A stretch of 39,172 nucleotides of DNA from Catajapyx aquilonaris. Taxonomy: Eukaryota. Below, piece after piece: positions 33,222-39,172 of this stretch. The stretch is from positions 1 to 39,172 of the forward strand of contig JYFJ02003658.1 in assembly GCA_000934665.2 (NCBI GenBank), written 5' to 3'. Under the pieces are notes generated by a model that was given only the letters and a program-made list of their open reading frames with translations, ran no database searches and was not told where the DNA came from. How positions within the stretch are numbered: position 1 is the first letter of the stretch; every line of letters begins with the position of its first letter. The translations under genes were made by a program, and so were the position numbers.

Positions 33222-33647
33222 CAGGGTGTTTATTGTAACTCTGCAAATACTTTCAGGGGTAATAGAGGGGACCAAGACAAGTATTTTTGACATAGGAACC
33301 CGTGTCCAGAAACGCCATCTAGAGGGGGTTCATAGACAAGGAACGGGTGCGCTCAGACGCGTCACGCGGGAGGCGCTAGTCGAGCTGACTGTTTTGTTGA
33401 TAGATGGCGCGCAGTTGTTGCCAGGTTATGGCACATCGCATCGGTGTTTACTATCCGAGCGCCATCTGTCAACAAAACAGTCCGCTCGCCTAGCGCCTCC
33501 CGCATGAAGCGTCTGAGCGCACCCGTTCCTTGTCTATGAACCCCCTCTAGATGGCGTTTCCGGACACGGGTTCCTATGTCAAAAATACTTGTCTTGGTCC
33601 CCTCTATTACCCCTGAAAGTCTTTGCAGAGTTACAATAAACACCCTG
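33222..33647. mobile_element. Tc1/mariner fold-back MITE family C, copy 1
   Basis: TA-CAGGGTGTTTATTGTAACTCTGCAAA...TTTGCAGAGTTACAATAAACACCCTG-TA; near-identical arms of about 190 bp. Confidence 0.92.
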
Positions 33648-34139
33648 TATAGTGTCGAACCATGCGCCAAGTCTACGAGTTGTAAGTCTATAGTCTCCAA
33701 TCGTGAGCCAAGTAACTTGACTTAATCTATAGTTTCACAAAGAGGCTTGGTGTCCACCCATGATCTCACGACTTTTTTAGGCGGAGTGGCTAAGGACTTG
33801 GCGGTTTTTTTACGAGTCCGTTTTTGGTTAGATCTCAAGACTTTTTGTGCAGTTGCAGTAAATAAGGAATGATATTTTCTCCGGTACACAGGAAAATACG
33901 ATATAAAGTGTGGAATTGATAGGTTTTTATTTTCAAAGTGTCAGAGGACACACATAACATGTTTGTAAGAGGGCCGCCCATGCCATGCTCTTCCAAACAT
34001 TATTCCAACACCCCAAACCAACAACTCTCCCATCATACACATCTACCTGCTTGTTTCCGTGACATTAGGAGGGCTACTTTAGGATTTGTCTAATATTATG
34101 TCCGAGTCTGTTGTATTCCAGTATAAGGAGTTTCTATTG

Positions 34140-34960
34140 GGTCAGCTTTTCCTTGGGTATATGGTCGACGTTGATTATATGGATTCCGTCAATTGTTGTG
34201 ACACGAGCCAAGGCTACGTAGGTTTGGCCGCAACAGAGAAGTGATGAGCCGATGTCGATTAGGGCAGTGTCTATAAGCTCAAGCCGTGACTGTTGTGAAT
34301 TGTGATGCCGTATAAGCTATCGTTATAGGGAACTGATTTCTATAAGCTTAGACGAATGCTTTTGTTGTAACTTCAAATTTGCTCTTCACAGGCCCTAAAT
34401 CGTATTCCAATCCGAAAGAAAGTTGAATTTTTATGGATTTTACTTTTTTTGGAGTGTCTGGATCGTACATAACACTCAGTACGGTATCCACTGCACCGCT
34501 AACCAACCCAAGAGTAACATCAATGTTTCTTCTTAACATAATCTTTGTGCCAAGTTTAATATAGTAATGGTGTTTTTTTTCTTCAAACCAGCCGTATTAG
34601 ATTAGAACAATCCTCTTCGTACTTTTCGAGTATAGCTTATTGACTGGAGCATAGATCTGGAACAGTCCAACGAGTCCTCAGCTTCCAGGATGATCTCAGG
34701 AGAGTTTATAGCTTCAAGTATGGCTTTATGTAAGGCTTTGCACAATGTGGTTGGTTGGCAGCAAACAAAAAATATTGCATCTTCTGGCAGGCTGGATAAT
34801 TGCCTCGTAAGTTGATCGAATCAGCCAGCAGCATCAGTCGACGTGATATTCACGAGTCTCTCAGTAAGTAGGCTACCTGGATATCGTTATTGGAAATTAT
34901 TCCCAAGCGTACACGATAAAGCACAAATTCACTATTATTTTGCTGTCTCATATTATTTTA
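34140..34960 (-). pseudogene. Decayed Helitron/Helentron RepHel PIF1-helicase fragment
   Basis: Manual translation across stops and frameshifts: NMRQ..EF..RVRLG; KIMLRRNIDVTLGLVSG; RNQFPITIAY/GITIHNSHGLSL; DIGSSL..GQTYVALARVT.IDGIHIIN, i.e. PIF1 C-terminal motifs. Confidence 0.85.
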
Positions 34961-35486
34961 TTATTAGTGCATCAACAATCAATCAGCAATGTTAGTTCTT
35001 AATGAAATCAATTGTTAGTTCATCAACAATCGATCAACAATGGCTTAGATGCAATGTTTTTTTCTCTTTCTAATACCTGTAATAAGTTGTCGGGTGCCTA
35101 ATAATTTTTATTTGTGGAGTTGTGCCCCTTGGTTTGAGATTTCCATACGATCCCATTTTGTCTCTCCTGATCAATAATGGCTGTTTAAAGTTATTAAAAA
35201 GCTGGCATCTCAAATCAAGATGGCCTATTCCTAATGTTCATATATTAAGTAGTAGCCCTTGTTTTGAGGATTTCAGATCAGTTTCCATTATGTCTCTGCG
35301 ATCAGTAATGGCTGATTTACGATTTTTTTAAAGACTCGAAATGCCCGCCATCTAGAATCTAGATGATCGAGTTCCAGTTTCGGACTTTTCCCTAGTGTCC
35401 CAGACCGTAACCTATCTTTATGCCAAATTTGGTGTCTCTATGATAGCTGTAAGTACATGATCAATTTGATTATCACCTCCTATATG

Positions 35487-36048
35487 CAGGGTGTAAATGA
35501 ATTCAACCGACAAACTTCTAGGGGTGATAGAGGGGACCAAGACAAACATTTTTGACATAGGAAACCGTGTCCGGAACCGCCATCTAGAGGGGGTTCATAG
35601 ACGAGGAACGGGTGCGCTCAGACGCGTCACGCGAGAGGCGCAAGTCGAGCGGACTGTTTTGTTGATAGATGGCGCGCAGTTGTTGCCAGGTTATGGCGTA
35701 TCGCGTCGTAGTAAGTAAACAACAACACGATACACCAAAACCTGGCAACAACAGAACCGCTGTTGACTATCCGCGAGTCTCCTAGGAGGCGGACTTTAGT
35801 TGCTAGATGGCTCTGCTGTTGCCACGTCGTGGCACATCGAATCGTTGGTTACTATCCGAGCGCCATCTATCAACAAAACAGACCGCTCGACTTGCGCCTC
35901 TCGCGTGAAGCGTCTGAGCGCACCCGTTCCTCGTCTATGAACCCCCTCTAGATGGCGTTTCCGGACACGGTTTCCTATGTCAAAAATGTTTGTCTTGGTC
36001 CCCTCTATCACCCCTAGAAGTTTGTCGGTTGAATTCATTTACACCCTG
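35487..36048. mobile_element. Tc1/mariner fold-back MITE family C, related subfamily with a longer spacer
   Basis: CAGGGTGTAAATGAATTCAACCG...CGGTTGAATTCATTTACACCCTG-TA; arm interior nearly identical to 33222..33647. Confidence 0.92.
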
Positions 36049-36747
36049 TATAATATATAATATATTATTGGAAGAAAAATGGCCTTTTTTGAGGTGTTAT
36101 ATCTCTAGAACCTTTTGTCACAAAATTATGAATATTTTTTGTAGGGTCCCTGGGCCCATGCCCTGCCCATGCCATTCTATTTTGTAAAGCTCAGATCTCC
36201 AGCGTTTTCCCGAGCTGAGCTGGAAGGAGGTCAAATGTAGTATACGAATAGGGTAGAGTAAAAGGCCCACAGCAGTGCATGTTGATTTGGTTGGTAGGTT
36301 ACATGACAAGTGGCAGTAGGTGAAGTGTCGAAATGTAGACTGTGTGTGGGGTGTGGAGTGATGTATGTGGAGTGATGACTTGGCGGGGTGCACTGCCGTG
36401 CACCTTGATTCAATGCTCGTTAGAAGAACGGATATCCTTCTAGTTTTCATATTATTCTATTACGTAATAGTGTTGCGCACTTAACAGGTCGATATGATAT
36501 GACAGGGTATGAATATACTCGTCTCATGCAACCGACACATTTTGGTAATGAGCAGAGCAAGTCTAATCACAGGGTAAGAATAAGGGTAATAAGAGGACAC
36601 TGAGCACTTCCGATTCTTTGTAATATATTATTCGGAATAATGTGTTCTGTGAAAGTGGAGAGCGGTTGTTACAGAAATTGCGATCATTTAGGTTGACTCT
36701 GGCGCAATTCTTTTGGACGGCAAATAATACGCAGTTGTGCTTCAACC

Positions 36748-38715
36748 ATGAAGGTGTCCATACTCGTACTTGTGTCTCTCTTAGTCCCAACTTTCGGTTC
36801 GAGCAATGACATCAAGTGCAATGTAGAAAAAGAAGAAAGTGCTGTGTCCCAACTGGTCAGTGACATCCTCCAGCAGAGAGATGACATGCGGTCTTGTTCT
36901 TTGGTCGCTTCGACAGATCTGTCCACCTTCTCAGGTCCAGTGCAGACAATTATTGCGGGACAATCGAAGAAGTATTTGCCCTCATTTACAGTCCGCATGA
37001 CCACATTTCTGTACACATACAAAGATTATCCGTGGCTCAAGAATCAAAAGGAGATGCTGGACTTCAGGACTGTCCCTCCAGAAATTCTGTCCAGGGCGTG
37101 GTCCGGAATGTCCTGCACTTTCAACCTTCTGGTGCCATCGAAGCCGTCCTCATTTGGGTCACTGGTAATGTACACAGCTTCTGTGGTCAAACTCGTCCCT
37201 CTGGATAACAAGTTTCTCATCGACTTCAAGTCATCAGACGCGGAAAAAGTGCACCGAGTGATGACCTCACCACCTGCCAGTGCACTAAGGCTTAAGGTGT
37301 CCACCAGGAGAGAATCCGGACAACTTCTGACCGAGACCGCCTGCTTTTATTGCGGACAAGATGGACAGCCCGAAATCAGACGTCCGACATTAAGCCATTT
37401 CTTCAAAAACATGGACGAGCACATGAACGGAAAGGAACTCCAGTTGTCCATGTATTTTGATTTCGAATGGCAGGAGGCCATGCAGAAGAAGGACGAATTT
37501 GGCGAGATGTCTTTGGCATGGTATGAACGCTACCTCTATTTATACGGACAGTCGTTGAAATCTGAAGTTAAGTTCAGAGTGACATACAACGAAGATGAAG
37601 ATCTGGACAAGATACTGGAAAACGGAACGTGGGTTGGACTCACTGGACAACTGGTTAGAGGAAGATTGGACATCGCAGGAGCTGTTTTGATGTCAGAACT
37701 CACTGCTCAATACACACTTCAATCAGAACCAATCGTGTATCCTACTACCTCGTTTTTGACCAGAATTCCTCAGGGTGTGGTCAACTGGGAAGCACATCTT
37801 CTCCTGATGCCATACACATCACATTTTTGGGCATTGCTTTTGGTCACAATTTTCCTCATAATGATTACCGTTCGGTACCTCGCTGCTACTCCTATGTCCA
37901 GTGGAAACTCCACGTGGAGCAAGTCCTTTGAAATAGTTTGCAGAGAATTCGTGGAGCAATCTAGCGATTACCCTTCGAAAGCCTGGCACTTCCTACTTCT
38001 GGTCACATTTGTCACGTTTTTTGCTCGAGTTGTCGTCACAGGTTACACCGCAAAATTCACCGCCATGTTGTCTTCACCTTCCAAGGAGTTTGTCCCCAGC
38101 AATTTCGAGGAGCTGGACAAATCTGACTGGGTCATAAAAGCTAGTGGAGAGAACTTGCTTCTGGTGAGCTTATTGGTGCGACTTGCTCAGGAAGAGATGC
38201 CCAAACGGATAATGAAGAGAGTGGTGCAAGTTGACAGTACCGAGGCTTGCTTGGACACAGCACAACTCGAGCAGGTTGTTTGCTTTGGTCTTAAACTGTG
38301 GCTTCAGAGAGAAGTGTCTCGCCACAGAGACACTCTGGGTAGAAAGACTGTCGTGTTTGCTAAGGAATCAATTTTCCCTGTGTATTCCTCAGCTGCGACG
38401 TCCAGAGGAAACACGGCTCTTTTCCATCTCCTGAAGAAGCACGCCCGTTTCTTTATCGAATCTAACCTCATTATGAAGTACACGTATGACGAGCAGTTCA
38501 CCACTTTCTTGCTTTCCTTCAAGGAAATTCTGGCTCGAGAAGAAAAGACTGCGACTGAAAACGAACTTGAAGTGTTGAGCATAAACCATGTTTCCTTCAT
38601 GTTCAAAATCTGGTTGATTGGACTGGCTGTGTCACTAGTTTCCTTTATTTGCGAATACCTCACCAGAATTCGCGGAAGACACAGTGCGGTGGGGCAATTG
38701 CCATTTCTCTTATAG
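36748..38715 (+). CDS. Divergent ionotropic receptor (IR, variant iGluR chemoreceptor family), intronless, 655 aa
   Basis: Signal peptide; S1 motif NGTWVGLTGQLVRGRLDIAG; M1 LLMPYTSHFWALLLVTIFLI; pore-region EQS; M3-like YTAKFTAMLSSP; S2 PSNFEELD; M4 LSINHVSFMFKIWLIGLAVSLVSFICE. Confidence 0.92.
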   Translation: MKVSILVLVSLLVPTFGSSNDIKCNVEKEESAVSQLVSDILQQRDDMRSCSLVASTDLSTFSGPVQTIIAGQSKKYLPSFTVRMTTFLYTYKDYPWLKNQKEMLDFRTVPPEILSRAWSGMSCTFNLLVPSKPSSFGSLVMYTASVVKLVPLDNKFLIDFKSSDAEKVHRVMTSPPASALRLKVSTRRESGQLLTETACFYCGQDGQPEIRRPTLSHFFKNMDEHMNGKELQLSMYFDFEWQEAMQKKDEFGEMSLAWYERYLYLYGQSLKSEVKFRVTYNEDEDLDKILENGTWVGLTGQLVRGRLDIAGAVLMSELTAQYTLQSEPIVYPTTSFLTRIPQGVVNWEAHLLLMPYTSHFWALLLVTIFLIMITVRYLAATPMSSGNSTWSKSFEIVCREFVEQSSDYPSKAWHFLLLVTFVTFFARVVVTGYTAKFTAMLSSPSKEFVPSNFEELDKSDWVIKASGENLLLVSLLVRLAQEEMPKRIMKRVVQVDSTEACLDTAQLEQVVCFGLKLWLQREVSRHRDTLGRKTVVFAKESIFPVYSSAATSRGNTALFHLLKKHARFFIESNLIMKYTYDEQFTTFLLSFKEILAREEKTATENELEVLSINHVSFMFKIWLIGLAVSLVSFICEYLTRIRGRHSAVGQLPFLL

Positions 38716-39038
38716 AAAATGAGAGAGGGCACATAATAATTCGTCTCTTTTGTAATATCTATCACGAACGCGAACTTGAATCATTTTAGTCATTTTATTT
38801 GCATTTGTGCTCTTGATGTGTTAATTATTATCTTTCTACCCAATCATAGAGGTATATGTAAGGAGCCATCGCAAGTGTGATTGGTTACTGAGGAAACAGA
38901 AATATTCTTGGACTTTTTAGTATGACCAGAGCAACCTGGAATCTTTTACCAAACTCCACTAGAAAGAGTGACATCCAACAATTTGTCCAGGGCAAATGGT
39001 CCAGGACAAATTTGTGTACACCAACCATTAATGAAACT

Positions 39039-39044
39039 AATAAA
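39039..39044 (+). promoter_or_regulatory. Candidate polyadenylation signal for the IR gene
   Basis: AATAAA about 320 nt after the stop codon and just before a MITE. Confidence 0.4.
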
Positions 39045-39079
39045 ATATTGCACATTTATGTATGGCATGTACCGATATA

Positions 39080-39172
39080 CAGGGTGTTTATTGTAACTCT
39101 GCAAAGACTTTCAGGGGTAATAGAGGGGACCAAGACAAGTATTTTTGACATAGGAACCTGTGTCCGGAAACG
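39080..39172. mobile_element. Tc1/mariner fold-back MITE family C, copy cut by the window end
   Basis: TA-CAGGGTGTTTATTGTAACTCTGCAAAGACTTTCAGGGG..., nearly identical to the arms of 33222..33647. Confidence 0.9.

Noticed and set aside
33226..36038. Four similar ORFs (GVIEGTKT.IFDIG.RV..RHLEGVHR)
   Set aside because: Arms of family C MITEs; no recognisable domain; similarity is explained at the DNA level
1..39172. CRISPR array, operon or other prokaryote-type system
   Set aside because: No regularly spaced direct repeats with unique spacers; the DNA is intron-containing eukaryotic sequence and its repeats are TE-derived inverted repeats

Overview
Eukaryotic genomic DNA, probably from an arthropod, AT-rich and with GT-AG spliceosomal introns. 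It holds four genes. (1) A complete 21-coding-exon Raptor (RPTOR, mTORC1 scaffold) gene on the minus strand, CDS 21030->5103, about 1247 aa after manual splicing. (2) A small orphan plus-strand gene (about 85 aa, hydrophobic N-terminus plus predicted coiled coil) head-to-head with Raptor across a CpG-rich, DRE-containing putative bidirectional promoter. (3) The last five coding exons of a TECPR1 orthologue on the minus strand (32786->26021). (4) An intronless divergent ionotropic receptor (IR) on the plus strand (36748..38715), apparently nested antisense in a TECPR1 intron. Introns and intergenic DNA carry about 25 transposon-derived elements: many long palindromic Tc1/mariner fold-back MITEs, pogo/Tigger MITEs, two hAT elements with 8-bp TSDs, a piggyBac-type insertion nested in a fold-back, a tRNA-derived SINE with TSD, an LTR remnant with a tRNA-His PBS, and a decayed Helitron helicase. 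There is no CRISPR array or prokaryote-type system. The most promising leads are the orphan microprotein sharing Raptor's promoter, the nested MITE-bracketed IR, the uORF cluster upstream of Raptor, and the density of hairpin-forming fold-backs in these pre-mRNAs. All calls come from reading the sequence by eye; no searches were run.
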